From positions 172,002-236,001 of the forward strand of contig CAVRCI010000005.1 in the NCBI GenBank assembly GCA_963719495.1: DNA of 64,000 bases, in the 5' to 3' direction. Of the stretch, positions 30,052 through 40,099 are shown piece by piece; position 1 is the stretch's first letter, and each line of letters opens with the position of its first letter. The position numbers and the translations under genes were made by a program. The stretch comes from an uncultured Verrucomicrobiae bacterium (GTDB taxonomy: Bacteria > Verrucomicrobiota > Verrucomicrobiia > Chthoniobacterales > JAATET01). The notes beneath the pieces are model-generated. The model made no database searches, was not told where the DNA came from, and saw nothing but the letters and a program-made list of their open reading frames with translations.

Positions 30052-31281
30052 CAGAGCCAGCGCCTCCCCCACCAAAAAAAGCGACCCGCAAACCAGGCAT
30101 CGGGGAGCACAGGCATCCTGCCTGTCGTGCCGGGCTTCCAGCCCGGCACCCGTTCCAATTCCGTCCGGCGGCTGCCGGACCACTTCCCCCAACGCTGCCC
30201 CCACCGACCCAAAAACCCGCCAATCCACCCCAACCTCCGCGCCAAAAACCCCCGGCTCCGCCCCGCGATCCGACCCCACCGGCACGAACAAAAACTCCGA
30301 AGCGACCCCCTCCAGCTCCCGCAAAATCTCGCCGTAATCCTTATCGCGCAAAGCCCCAAAGATCACCGGCACCCGCGAGTTGTCCCCGAACTCCTCCCGC
30401 CAGGTCCGCACCAACTGCGCCGCGCCCTGCACGTTGTGAGCCCCGTCGAGCACCACGTCGCCCACCCGCTCGAACCGCCCCGCCCACCGCACCTCCGCGA
30501 CCCCCACTCGCACCACCGCCTCCTCGAGTCGGAACCCGGCCACCCGCAACGCCGCCACCGCGACCGCCGCATTTCGCCGCTGATGCCGCCCAACCAGCCC
30601 AACCTCCCAATCGTTCGGAACCTCGACCTCCACGAACTCCACGGTCGCCCCGAGTTCCTCCGCCCGCCGCCGGATCACTGTTCCCGCTTCCGCGACCTGC
30701 TCCGCACTCACCACTGGCACACCCGGCTTGATGATCCCAGCCTTCTCCCCCGCGATCGCCGCCAGATCGGCCCCCAACCACTCCGCGTGATCCATCGCGA
30801 TCGGGGTAATCACACTCACCCGCGGCACCACCACATTCGTCGCGTCGAGCCGCCCCCCCATTCCCGTTTCCAACACCACGACGTCGACCGCCGACTCTGC
30901 GAAGTGCATCAACCCCAGCACCGTCACCAGTTCAAAGTAAGTCGGCGCGTGATCCCATTCCGCCGCCGCCTCCCGCAGCCGGGTCAATCCCGCCGTCACG
31001 TCGGCTTCACCGATCCACTCGCCGTCCACCCGGATTCGCTCGCGAAAATCGACCAAGTGCGGCGAAGTGAACAGCCCCACCCGCCGACCCGAACGCCGCA
31101 GCACCGCGTCCATCATCGCGCAAACGGACCCCTTCCCGTTCGTCCCCGCGACGTGGAGGAATTCCAGCCGCGTCTCCGGATTCCCCACCGCGTCCAGCAG
31201 ACGCCGCGTATTCTCCAAGCCCAGCTTGATGCCGAACCGCTGCGAGCCATTGAGCCAGTCCAGCGACTCGGCGAAGGTCAT
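30040..31281 (-). CDS. folC: Folylpolyglutamate/dihydrofolate synthase
   Basis: HVAGTNGKGS, FTSPHL, ETGMGGRLDATN, DGAHN, GSLFLVGE. Confidence 0.95.
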   Translation of the reverse strand: MTFAESLDWLNGSQRFGIKLGLENTRRLLDAVGNPETRLEFLHVAGTNGKGSVCAMMDAVLRRSGRRVGLFTSPHLVDFRERIRVDGEWIGEADVTAGLTRLREAAAEWDHAPTYFELVTVLGLMHFAESAVDVVVLETGMGGRLDATNVVVPRVSVITPIAMDHAEWLGADLAAIAGEKAGIIKPGVPVVSAEQVAEAGTVIRRRAEELGATVEFVEVEVPNDWEVGLVGRHQRRNAAVAVAALRVAGFRLEEAVVRVGVAEVRWAGRFERVGDVVLDGAHNVQGAAQLVRTWREEFGDNSRVPVIFGALRDKDYGEILRELEGVASEFLFVPVGSDRGAEPGVFGAEVGVDWRVFGSVGAALGEVVRQPPDGIGTGAGLEARHDRQDACAPRCLVCGSLFLVGEALALLAE

Positions 31282-32126
31282 TTGTTCCGCAGCGCGAGAT
31301 ACGTGATCAGCTGACCGAGCAGCTCCTTCATCTTCGCCCGGTGGACGATGTGATCGACCAGCCCGTGCTTCTCGAGAAATTCCGCCGTTTGAAATCCTTC
31401 CGGCAGATCCTGATGCGTCGTCTCCTTGATCACCCGAGGACCCGCGAACCCAATCATGCTCTTCGGCTCCGCCACGATCACGTCGCCCAGCGAAGCGAAA
31501 CTCGCGCTCACGCCCGCCATCGTCGGATTCGTCAGCACCGGGATGTAAACCAGCCGCGCCTTCGCGTGCCGGGCCAGCGCCCCGCTCGTCTTCGCCATCT
31601 GCATCAGGCTCAGAATCCCCTCATACATCCGCGCCCCGCCGGAAGCGCAGACCACGATCGACGGCATCTTCTTCTTCGTTGCCAGCTCGATCGACCGCGT
31701 GATCTTTTCGCCCACGACCGAACCCATCGAGGCCCCGAGAAAGCTGAAATCCATCACCGCCAGCGCAACCGGCGTTCCGTTGATTTTGCCAACGCCCGTG
31801 ATGACCGCGTCCTTCAACCCCGTCCGCTCCTGATAGGTTTTGAGTCGTTCCTCGTAAGCCGCCACGCCCGTGAACTTGAGCGGATCCACCGAGACCATGT
31901 CGGCGTCGGTCTCCTCGAAGGTCCCTTCGTCGATGAGCAACGCCACGCGCTCGCGGCAACCCATCGTAAAGTGGTTTTCGCACTTCGGGCAAACCAACCG
32001 GTTCTCCGCCAATGCGAGTTTGTGAATCATCTCGCCGCACGACGGACAATTTTTGAAGAGCCCCTCGGGGATCTCGCGATTCCGGCTCACCAATGCCTTC
32101 CAAACGGGTTTTCTGAAAATCGCCAT
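31278..32126 (-). CDS. accD: Acetyl-CoA carboxylase carboxyltransferase beta
   Basis: C4 zinc finger; GASMGSVVGEKI; SGGARMYEG; FAGPRVI. Confidence 0.97.
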   Translation of the reverse strand: MAIFRKPVWKALVSRNREIPEGLFKNCPSCGEMIHKLALAENRLVCPKCENHFTMGCRERVALLIDEGTFEETDADMVSVDPLKFTGVAAYEERLKTYQERTGLKDAVITGVGKINGTPVALAVMDFSFLGASMGSVVGEKITRSIELATKKKMPSIVVCASGGARMYEGILSLMQMAKTSGALARHAKARLVYIPVLTNPTMAGVSASFASLGDVIVAEPKSMIGFAGPRVIKETTHQDLPEGFQTAEFLEKHGLVDHIVHRAKMKELLGQLITYLALRNK

Positions 32127-32139
32127 AGATTCTAAATGT

Positions 32140-32862
32140 TTAGCCGCGAGCCACCGTGATCGCGTTCACCGAAGCCGCGCCCGCCTCGACCAACACCCGC
32201 GCGCACTCGTCCAGCGTCGAGCCCGTCGTCAGGATGTCATCCACCAGCAGGATGTGTTTACCGATCACCCGGTCATTGTGGCGCACTTCGAACGCGTCGC
32301 GCAAGTTCCGCATCCGCTGCTTCCGGTCGAACTGCGTCTGCGTCACCGTGTAGCGCCGCCGCCGCAGCAAACGCCCGGTCGGCACGCCCCGCAACCTCGT
32401 CACCCACCGCGCCAGTTCCTCCGCTTGATTGAATTCCCGCTCGCGCTCCCGCGTCGGGTGCAGCGGCACCGGCACCAACACGTCCGGCTCCACGTCCGCC
32501 AGCCGATCGTCGTCCAACGCCTCCGCCAGCCAACGCCCGAGCAATCGCCGCAAATACCGCTCCTTCCCGTATTTGAACCGGTGCACCAGATCCCGCACCG
32601 ACCCCGTGCATTTCACCACCGCGATCGCCGCGTCGAAACTCATCTCGTGCCCGCGGCAATTCGGGCACTCCACCTCGTCCATCATCCCATCGAACGGATG
32701 CGAGCAAACCCCGCACCGCGGCTCGTTCACCCGCCGCACCTCCCGCTCGCAATCCGCGCAAAGCAACACCCCCGGCTCCACCGCCTTCTCGCAAACGAAG
32801 CAGTGCGAGGGAAACGCCAGTTCAGCCAGCGCGTCCGCCCACGGTCGCAAAGTCCCGATCAC
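32140..32862 (-). CDS. comF: ComF family (zinc ribbons + PRTase)
   Basis: CxxC pairs; PVPLH..R...R.FNQA; LLVDDILTTGST; start approximate. Confidence 0.9.
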   Translation of the reverse strand: MIGTLRPWADALAELAFPSHCFVCEKAVEPGVLLCADCEREVRRVNEPRCGVCSHPFDGMMDEVECPNCRGHEMSFDAAIAVVKCTGSVRDLVHRFKYGKERYLRRLLGRWLAEALDDDRLADVEPDVLVPVPLHPTREREREFNQAEELARWVTRLRGVPTGRLLRRRRYTVTQTQFDRKQRMRNLRDAFEVRHNDRVIGKHILLVDDILTTGSTLDECARVLVEAGAASVNAITVARG

Positions 32863-33751
32863 GGCGCAGATACCACCAGACGAGCGCCGCGGTGACAAGC
32901 AACGCCCCCAGCGGCACCACCCCCGTCGGCACCATCCCGCTCACCACGTTCGGCCCCACCCACGGCAGCCACGCGTCCTCGGGCTTGATCCGATACTTCG
33001 CAAAAAGATTCAGCGTCTGCTGCCCAAAAATCCACCCCGCGTGCAGCCCAATCGGCAGCCACAGCGACCGCGTCCGCAGACACGCCAACGCGAGAATGAT
33101 CCCAATCACGAACAGCGTCACGCACCCCCAGAAGAAGACCGCCGCGCTGTCCACGCTCGAAAACGCCGACCCCAACAACTCGAATCCGCTCGTCCACGTC
33201 ACCGCCTCCCGCGCGATCTCACCCCGCGGTTTGAAGAAATGCACCAGCGCAAACACCGCCGATACGCTCACGATTCCGGTCCATTTCCCAAAATACCGAA
33301 TCGCCAACCCCAGCAGCACCCCGCGAAACAAAAACTCCTCGAACACCGAAACGAAAGTCGCCGTCCCCAGCACCCGCACCAGCGTCGCCACCCCCGCATC
33401 GTCCCGCACCTTGTAAACTTCCGCCCACAGGTAGACCGCCCCGAGCAGGATCAGCGGTCCGATCGCCAGAGCCACACCCCAACCCACGTCCGGCCATTTC
33501 GCCGGATTCCGCTCGATCCCCAGATCCCGCAAACTCCGAATCCGCAGCCACCAACCCAACGGAAAAATGAAAACCAGCGCCGCGATCTGCGCAATCCGTC
33601 CCCAATAACGAAAGAACGGAAACTTCGCCGCCCCCGGAATCCACCCCGAGTCCGCCAACGCCATCCCCGCCCAGTAAATCGGCGGAGAAAGCACCGCCGT
33701 CACAAAAAGCACTGCAAGGACGAACAAAAGGATCTTCAAAAGAGGATTCAC
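32822..33751 (-). CDS. CPBP/Abi (CAAX protease-like) membrane protein
   Basis: EEFLFRG, FALVH, IGLHAGW. Confidence 0.88.
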   Translation of the reverse strand: MNPLLKILLFVLAVLFVTAVLSPPIYWAGMALADSGWIPGAAKFPFFRYWGRIAQIAALVFIFPLGWWLRIRSLRDLGIERNPAKWPDVGWGVALAIGPLILLGAVYLWAEVYKVRDDAGVATLVRVLGTATFVSVFEEFLFRGVLLGLAIRYFGKWTGIVSVSAVFALVHFFKPRGEIAREAVTWTSGFELLGSAFSSVDSAAVFFWGCVTLFVIGIILALACLRTRSLWLPIGLHAGWIFGQQTLNLFAKYRIKPEDAWLPWVGPNVVSGMVPTGVVPLGALLVTAALVWWYLRRDRDFATVGGRAG

Positions 33752-33857
33752 GCCCCGAACGCTACCACCCCTGCCAACCGCTCGTCCGCATCCAAAAACT
33801 GTCAGGTCGAGCGAAGCAGAAAATCCGGGCGCAAGCCCGAATCCCCTCACCCCCCAA

Positions 33858-33965
33858 CTGTCATGTTGAGCAAAGCGAAACATCTCTGGCTCCTCACCGC
33901 ATCCCGGCGACAGGCGCGGTTAGTAAGTATAAGCCAGAGATGCTTCGCTTCGCTCAGCATGACAG
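33858..33965. repeat. Gene-less inverted pair of TGTCAT-hairpin repeats (copies 7 and 8)
   Basis: CTGTCATGTTGAGCAAAGCGAAACATCTCTGGC (+) ... GCCAGAGATGCTTCGCTTCGCTCAGCATGACAG. Confidence 0.9.
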
Positions 33966-34066
33966 AGGGGGAGAATTGCCCCAACCGCCCGTCCACCCGC
34001 CGCTTCTACTTCAAGGAGCGGCGGCTTCCAGCCGCCGAAGTTCCTGCTAAAACGACCGTGCCACCG

Positions 34067-35383
34067 ATGACCACCGACCCCGACACCGCCACCCTCACCG
34101 CCTGGGATCAAGCCCACACCTGGCACCCCTTCACCCAGATGCGCGCCTGGTGCGCCCCCGAGCACGAACCCCTCGTCCTCGTCGACGGCCACGGCGCCAT
34201 CCTCCGCGACAGCCGCGGCCGCGAATACCTCGACGGCAATTCCTCCATCTGGACGAACATCCACGGTCACCGCCACACCCGCATCGACGCCGCCATCCGC
34301 GCGCAGCTCGAGCGCGTCGCCCACACCTCCTTCCTCGGCGCGACCAACGTCCCCGCCGCCACCCTCGCCGCCCGACTCACCGCGCTCTTCCCGCCCGACA
34401 CCCTCACCCGCGTCTTCTACTCCGACAACGGCTCCACCGCCATCGAGGCCGCCCTCAAAATGGCCGTCCAGTTCCGCCAACTCTCCGGCGAACCCCATCG
34501 CCACCGCTTCATCGCCTTCGACCACGCCTACCACGGCGACACCGCCGGAGCCGCCAGCGTCGGCGGCATCTCGACCTTCCACGGTCGCTTCGCCGCGATG
34601 CAGTTCCCCGTCGACCGCCTCGCCAGCCCCGACGATCTCGGTCAAATCACCAACCCCCACGAGATCACCGCCCTCATCCTGGAGCCCCTCGTCCAGGGCG
34701 CGGCCGGCATCCGACTCTGGCCCGTCGGCACCCTCCGCCGGCTCCGGGATTGGTGCGACCACCACGGTGTCTTCCTCATCCTCGACGAAGTCCTCACCGG
34801 CTTCGGCCGCACCGGCACCCTCTTCGCCTGCGAACGCGAGGGCGTCATTCCCGACTTTCTCTGCCTCGCGAAGGGTCTCACCGGCGGCTACCTCCCGCTC
34901 GCCGCCACGCTCACGACCGAGCGCATTTTCGACGCCTTCCTCGGTGAACCCGCCGACCAGCGCACCTTTTACTACGGCCACAGTTACACCGCCAACCCGC
35001 TCGCCTGCGCCGCCGCCCTCGCCAGCCTCGACGTCTTCGAGGAGGAAAAAACCATCGCCGCCCTTCAACCCAAGATCGCCCACCTGACTAATCTCCTCGC
35101 CCCCCTCGCCGACCACCCCCACGTCCGTGAGATCCGCCAATGCGGATTCATCGCCGGCATCGAACTCGTCGAAGAAAAAACAACCGACCGCCCCTACGAC
35201 TGGACCGCCCTCACCGGCAACCAGGTTTGCGTCGCCGCGAGAGCCCACGGCCTCCTCACCCGACCCATCCTCGACACCATCGTCCTGATACCCCCCCTGT
35301 GCACGACGAACACCCAACTCGAAACCGCCGTCCTGGCCCTAAAACGAGCTATCACCGAAACCTGCAACCCAGCCGCCGGGTAA
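34067..35383 (+). CDS. bioA: Adenosylmethionine-8-amino-7-oxononanoate transaminase
   Basis: WHPFTQM, YSDNGSTAIE, YHGDT, DEVLTGFGRTG, AKGLTGG, GHSYTANP. Confidence 0.95.
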   Translation: MTTDPDTATLTAWDQAHTWHPFTQMRAWCAPEHEPLVLVDGHGAILRDSRGREYLDGNSSIWTNIHGHRHTRIDAAIRAQLERVAHTSFLGATNVPAATLAARLTALFPPDTLTRVFYSDNGSTAIEAALKMAVQFRQLSGEPHRHRFIAFDHAYHGDTAGAASVGGISTFHGRFAAMQFPVDRLASPDDLGQITNPHEITALILEPLVQGAAGIRLWPVGTLRRLRDWCDHHGVFLILDEVLTGFGRTGTLFACEREGVIPDFLCLAKGLTGGYLPLAATLTTERIFDAFLGEPADQRTFYYGHSYTANPLACAAALASLDVFEEEKTIAALQPKIAHLTNLLAPLADHPHVREIRQCGFIAGIELVEEKTTDRPYDWTALTGNQVCVAARAHGLLTRPILDTIVLIPPLCTTNTQLETAVLALKRAITETCNPAAG

Positions 35384-35392
35384 GTCTCACTG

Positions 35393-35459
35393 AGGCCGCA
35401 AAAAGGCGCAAAAAGCTCAAAAGTATTTCTCTTGAGCCTTTTGCGCCTTTTTGCGGCCT
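35393..35459. terminator. Long hairpin (28-bp arms, 1 mismatch) between convergent genes; likely bidirectional terminator
   Basis: AGGCCGCAAAAAGGCGCAAAAAGCTCAA ... TTGAGCCTTTTGCGCCTTTTTGCGGCCT. Confidence 0.75.
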
Positions 35460-35474
35460 AAAAACTTATTGCGA

Positions 35475-37232
35475 TCAGTGCGCCACCCGCACCTGCCGCT
35501 TCAACTTCCGAAAAGCCAGCCGCCCCTCGGCCCCATCCGCCCCGCGCCACCGGATCACCGTGAAATCACAACTCGGCGAAGCATTCCCCAGCCGATCCGT
35601 CGCCATCACCGACACCCGATTGCGCCCCATCCGCAGCGGAGCCCGGAAGCTCCACGTCCCGTCCGGCCCCACGTTCACCGACCGCGCCACCCGCTTCCGC
35701 CGACCCCGCCGCCGCTTTTCACCGTTTTTCCCCCGCTTCACCTCAGCCCGCGACACCACTTCGTAGTCGATTCGCGCAACCCCCGAAGCGTCGAACGCCG
35801 TGCCCGCGATCTCCGTCGCCCGCCGCGTCGTCACCTGATCCGACCGCCGCGCCGGACTCGTGATTCGCACCACCGGATAACCCGACCGCACGTCCGCCAC
35901 GTAGAGTCCATCGCGCGCGCCAAACGATAGGATGAACACCGCCTGATTCAGATCGTTGAAGGCCGACTGCCCGGCGAAACGGACGTCCGTCACCTCCGCC
36001 AGCCCGTCCGGCGTGGCGAACGAATTTCCCGTCGCGGCCACGAGCACCGGAGCCTCGTCCGCCCGTCTGACCCAGACACTTGGCCGTCGGCGCTCGTTCG
36101 GGTATTCGATCTCCGCGGAAAAGAACACGTCCCCCCGCGAATTCACCACCGGCTGCGACAGACTCCCAAAAACCACGCCCGCCCCGCCGCCCGGCACCGG
36201 ATCACCCACCTTCACGATCGGACTCACTTCGACCGGCCGCCCCAGAAAAATCGCCCCAGGCGGCGGCGGCTCGGGGGACGAAAAGAGCGTTTCCGTATCC
36301 GCGTAAAAAGCGATCAACCCGTTCGAACTGACCGAGGGCGCGCCAAAACCCGAATACTCCGCGCCGCCCATCCCTGGCGCCGCCACCTGGGTGACCGCCA
36401 CCATTTTCAACGCCCCGACCGGGCCCGCGTAGAGCGCCGTCCGGAAAAGATCCGCCGAATCCGCCCGCACGTTCGCCGCAAAGATCACTTCTTGATCCGC
36501 GTTGAAACCCAGAAACGCTCCCGGGTCGTTGAAACTCTGCGCCATGTCGCCGAAGATCCGGTCGAAAGTCAGATCGCCCGGCAATCCAAACCCGACCGGA
36601 GCCGGATCGCCTTCCGCGAAGGCCACGGACAGATTGCCCGGCCGCCCGGTCGCGAGGACGGTCGTCAAGGCGTTGTCGTTGGCCTGATCCTCCAGTTCCA
36701 GCTCCACCGCGAGGAAATTCCCCAGCACGTATTCCGGCGTTCCACCGCCATTGAGCACGAGATCCGGCGACTCGGCAAACGGCTGATCCGGGTCCAACGT
36801 CGGCACCAGTCCCCCAGCGTCGACGGCGAAAAATCCCACCTGGAACCCCTCGGATTTCAGTTCGGCGAAAAACGAGACGTTACCCGCCCCGTTGATCGAC
36901 AGTCCACCGAAGTCCCCGAAGGAGAGTCCGCCCGTTCCCGGCGCGGTTTCATCCTCCGCCGCGACGACCGAAAAAGCTCCGCGCTTTCCCGCCCACACCC
37001 GGCCCGAATTCAGATTCAGCGCTTCCCCGAGCAACCCCAGACTCGAATCGTCCCCGATCACGCCCAACGTCAGAGCCCCGTAAGTCTCCCCCCGCGGCCC
37101 CGCATCACCCGTAAAAACAACGCGCGTCGTCTCCGCACCCTCTTGGGCCAGACCCGATCCCGCCCAACCGCCAAGCAACGCACCGACCACGGCCACTTTC
37201 ATGATTCCGTCCATGGGAAGACGTTTATTCAT
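35475..37232 (-). CDS. Secreted/surface protein with NxxGxxxF-type beta-propeller repeats and basic Ig-like C-terminal domain
   Basis: Signal peptide; repeats SINGAGNVSF, SSNGLIAF, VNSRGDVFF, FNDLNQAVF; GTAFD...ATDRLGN. Confidence 0.7.
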   Translation of the reverse strand: MNKRLPMDGIMKVAVVGALLGGWAGSGLAQEGAETTRVVFTGDAGPRGETYGALTLGVIGDDSSLGLLGEALNLNSGRVWAGKRGAFSVVAAEDETAPGTGGLSFGDFGGLSINGAGNVSFFAELKSEGFQVGFFAVDAGGLVPTLDPDQPFAESPDLVLNGGGTPEYVLGNFLAVELELEDQANDNALTTVLATGRPGNLSVAFAEGDPAPVGFGLPGDLTFDRIFGDMAQSFNDPGAFLGFNADQEVIFAANVRADSADLFRTALYAGPVGALKMVAVTQVAAPGMGGAEYSGFGAPSVSSNGLIAFYADTETLFSSPEPPPPGAIFLGRPVEVSPIVKVGDPVPGGGAGVVFGSLSQPVVNSRGDVFFSAEIEYPNERRRPSVWVRRADEAPVLVAATGNSFATPDGLAEVTDVRFAGQSAFNDLNQAVFILSFGARDGLYVADVRSGYPVVRITSPARRSDQVTTRRATEIAGTAFDASGVARIDYEVVSRAEVKRGKNGEKRRRGRRKRVARSVNVGPDGTWSFRAPLRMGRNRVSVMATDRLGNASPSCDFTVIRWRGADGAEGRLAFRKLKRQVRVAH

Positions 37233-37538
37233 TCCCCGCCATACCATCAACCGCAAACTCAGCGCCCCCCGCGCGGAGCGCGCCGTCGAAGGTAGGGAAA
37301 GCCGCGCCGCGCGTTCCCAAACCATCTCCCAGAACGCCCGAACCACCCCCACCGTCGCCCCGCAAAACAAACCCCACAAACCACCAGAGCAATTTCACAG
37401 TAGCGAGCGGCCTCGGCGAAAGCCGACGAAAGCGGGGCGAGTACGTCTCGTCCTCGCGTTTGGATCAGGAGGGCGGGACGCCCTCCCCCCGCTTGGGTAA
37501 ACAACTCGTCCAATTGATTTGAAAATACTCCAGCCCAC

Positions 37539-37575
37539 AAAAAAAAGCGCCCCCCGCACAGCGGGAGGCGCTTTC
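37539..37575 (-). terminator. clpC operon terminator
   Basis: AAAGCGCCTCCCGC/GCGGGGGGCGC stem + T8 on minus strand. Confidence 0.88.
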
Positions 37576-37603
37576 AAATGATCCGGCGAACGAGCGAACC
37601 GCG

Positions 37604-40099
37604 TCAGCCCTTCTCCGCCTCCGTCAGAACCGCTTCTTCCGGCTCCGCACTCGTCGAGTGAAACTCCAGCTTCTCGCCAGCCCGCACGATCTTGACGGTC
37701 GCACCCTCCTTGATCGTCCCGCGAAGAATTTCCTCCGCCATCTGATCCTCGAGGTATTTCTCCACCGCCCGCCGCATCGGACGAGCGCCGTAAGCTGGAT
37801 CGTAACCCTTTTCGATGAGAAGTTCGTGCGCCGACTCGTCGAGTTCGATCTCGATGTTCTTCGCACGAATCCGGGCGGTCACCTTCTTGACCTCGAGGTC
37901 GACGATGCGCATGAGATCGGGCTTCGTGAGCGTGTGGAAGACGATGATGTCGTCAAGACGGTTCAGGAACTCAGGTTTGAAGACGCGCTTGGTCTCCTCC
38001 ATGATCTTTTCCTTCATGTTGTCGTAATTGTCGTCGAGCTTCGGCGCGCCGAATCCAAGCGACGTCTGCTTCTTGATCAATTCGGCACCCACGTTCGACG
38101 TCATGATGATGATCGTGTTTCGGAAATCGATCTTGCGCCCGAGGCTGTCCGTCACGCGGCCTTCCTCCAAAATCTGGAGGAGCAGGTGCATCACGTCCGG
38201 GTGCGCCTTCTCGATCTCATCGAAGAGCACGACCGAATACGGCCGACGGCGCACGGCTTCCGAAAGCTGGCCGCCCTCTTCGTAACCCACGTAACCCGGA
38301 GGTGAACCGATCAGGCGGGAGGCTGTGAACTTCTCCATGTATTCGCTCATGTCGAGCTGGATGAGAGCGTCCGCGTCGCCGAACATGAACTCCGCGAGGG
38401 TCCGCGCGAGGAACGTCTTGCCGACACCGGTTGGCCCGAGGAACACGAACGATCCGATCGGGCGCTTGGGATCCTTGAGGTCCGCCCGGGACCGGCGCAG
38501 CGCCTTGCTGATCGCCACAACGCCTTCGTCCTGCCCGATCACGCGAGCCCTCACCTCGTCCTCCATCGCGAGGAGCTTCGCGGTCTCTTTCTGCTCCATC
38601 CGGTTGAGCGGGACGCCCGTCCACTTTGAGAGGACGTGCATGATGTCGTCGTCGGTCACGATGACTTCCTTCTCCTCCTTCCTGGCGCGCCACTCGGCGA
38701 GCACGGTGTCGAGTTTATCCTTCGCCTGCTTCTCGGAATCACGGAGCGCGGCGGCGCGTTCGAAGTCCTGCGCTTTGATCGCGCCTTCCTTTTCAACGCG
38801 GATGCTCTCGATCTCGGCCTCGACGTCCTTGACGTTCGGCGGCCGCGTCATCGCGCCGATCCGAGCGCGGGAGCCCGCTTCGTCCATGATGTCGATCGCC
38901 TTGTCCGGCAGGTAACGCCCGGTCAAATAACGGTCGGAAAGTTTCGCCGCCGACTCGAGCGCTTCGTCGGTGATCGTCGCCTTGTGGTGCGCCTCGTATT
39001 TCGGGCGGATGCCTTTGAGGATCTGAATCGTCTGATCGACCGTTGGCGGCTCGACCTTCACCTGCTGGAAGCGACGCTCGAGCGCCGAGTCCTTCTCGAT
39101 GTATTTGCGGAATTCATTGAGCGTCGTCGCGCCAATGCACTGCAGTTCGCCGCGGCTGAGCGCCGGCTTGATGATGTTCGAAGCGTCCATCGCGCCCTCG
39201 GCCGAACCCGCGCCCACGATGGTGTGCATCTCGTCGATGAAGAGAATGACGTTCTTCGATTTCCGGATCTCGTCCATCACGGCCTTGATCCGCTCCTCGA
39301 ACTGTCCGCGATACTTCGTTCCGGCGACCATCAGCGCGAGATCGAGCGTGATGACCCGCTTCTCGTGCAGCAGCTCCGGCACGTTGCCGCTGATGATTTC
39401 CTGCGCGAGGCCTTCCGCGATCGCGGTCTTGCCAACACCGGCTTCACCAATGAGCACCGGATTGTTCTTCGTGCGGCGGCAGAGGATCTGGATGACGCGC
39501 TCGATCTCGTCGGCGCGACCGATGACCGGATCCAACTCGTCCTTGCGGGCCATCTCCGTGAGATCACGACCGAAAGCACGAAGCGCCGGGGTCTTGCCGT
39601 CCTTCTTGCCGGAGCCACCGACCTCGGCACCCACGGTGTCGCCCTCTTCGTCGGCGGAGAAATTCGGGTCGAGTTCCTTGAGGATCTCGTTGCGGGTGCG
39701 CTCGATGTCGACTTCCAGGCTCTTGAGAACGCGGGCCGCGACGCCTTCGCCCTCACGCAGCAGGCCGAGCAGGATGTGCTCGGTGCCGACGTAGGAATGC
39801 TGGAGCGCTTTCGCTTCCTTGCTCGCGAGCGCGAGCACCTTCTTCACGCGAGGCGTGTAGGGAATGTTGCCGACCATCTTGGTCTCGGGGCCGGAGCCGA
39901 CCTGCTTCTCGACCTCCATCCGCACGGTCTCGAGATCGAGCCCCATCTTTTGGAGCACGTTCACCGCGACACCCTGCCCGAGCTTGATCAGGCCCAGAAG
40001 CAGATGCTCGGTGCCGACGTAGTTGTGATTGAATCGATCCGCCTCTTTACGGGCGAGCGCCAGGACCTGCTGGGCACGGGGTGTGAAATTATTCATCAT
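37604..40099 (-). CDS. clpC: ATP-dependent Clp protease ATPase ClpC
   Basis: Two Clp-N repeats, [11 protein letters not shown] motif, [11 protein letters not shown] loop. Confidence 0.97.
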   Translation of the reverse strand: MMNNFTPRAQQVLALARKEADRFNHNYVGTEHLLLGLIKLGQGVAVNVLQKMGLDLETVRMEVEKQVGSGPETKMVGNIPYTPRVKKVLALASKEAKALQHSYVGTEHILLGLLREGEGVAARVLKSLEVDIERTRNEILKELDPNFSADEEGDTVGAEVGGSGKKDGKTPALRAFGRDLTEMARKDELDPVIGRADEIERVIQILCRRTKNNPVLIGEAGVGKTAIAEGLAQEIISGNVPELLHEKRVITLDLALMVAGTKYRGQFEERIKAVMDEIRKSKNVILFIDEMHTIVGAGSAEGAMDASNIIKPALSRGELQCIGATTLNEFRKYIEKDSALERRFQQVKVEPPTVDQTIQILKGIRPKYEAHHKATITDEALESAAKLSDRYLTGRYLPDKAIDIMDEAGSRARIGAMTRPPNVKDVEAEIESIRVEKEGAIKAQDFERAAALRDSEKQAKDKLDTVLAEWRARKEEKEVIVTDDDIMHVLSKWTGVPLNRMEQKETAKLLAMEDEVRARVIGQDEGVVAISKALRRSRADLKDPKRPIGSFVFLGPTGVGKTFLARTLAEFMFGDADALIQLDMSEYMEKFTASRLIGSPPGYVGYEEGGQLSEAVRRRPYSVVLFDEIEKAHPDVMHLLLQILEEGRVTDSLGRKIDFRNTIIIMTSNVGAELIKKQTSLGFGAPKLDDNYDNMKEKIMEETKRVFKPEFLNRLDDIIVFHTLTKPDLMRIVDLEVKKVTARIRAKNIEIELDESAHELLIEKGYDPAYGARPMRRAVEKYLEDQMAEEILRGTIKEGATVKIVRAGEKLEFHSTSAEPEEAVLTEAEKG

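Noticed and set aside
32429..35383. 984-aa ORF as a BioA fusion
   Set aside because: The N-terminal part is antisense to comF/CPBP and crosses repeats; BioA similarity starts at ATG 34067
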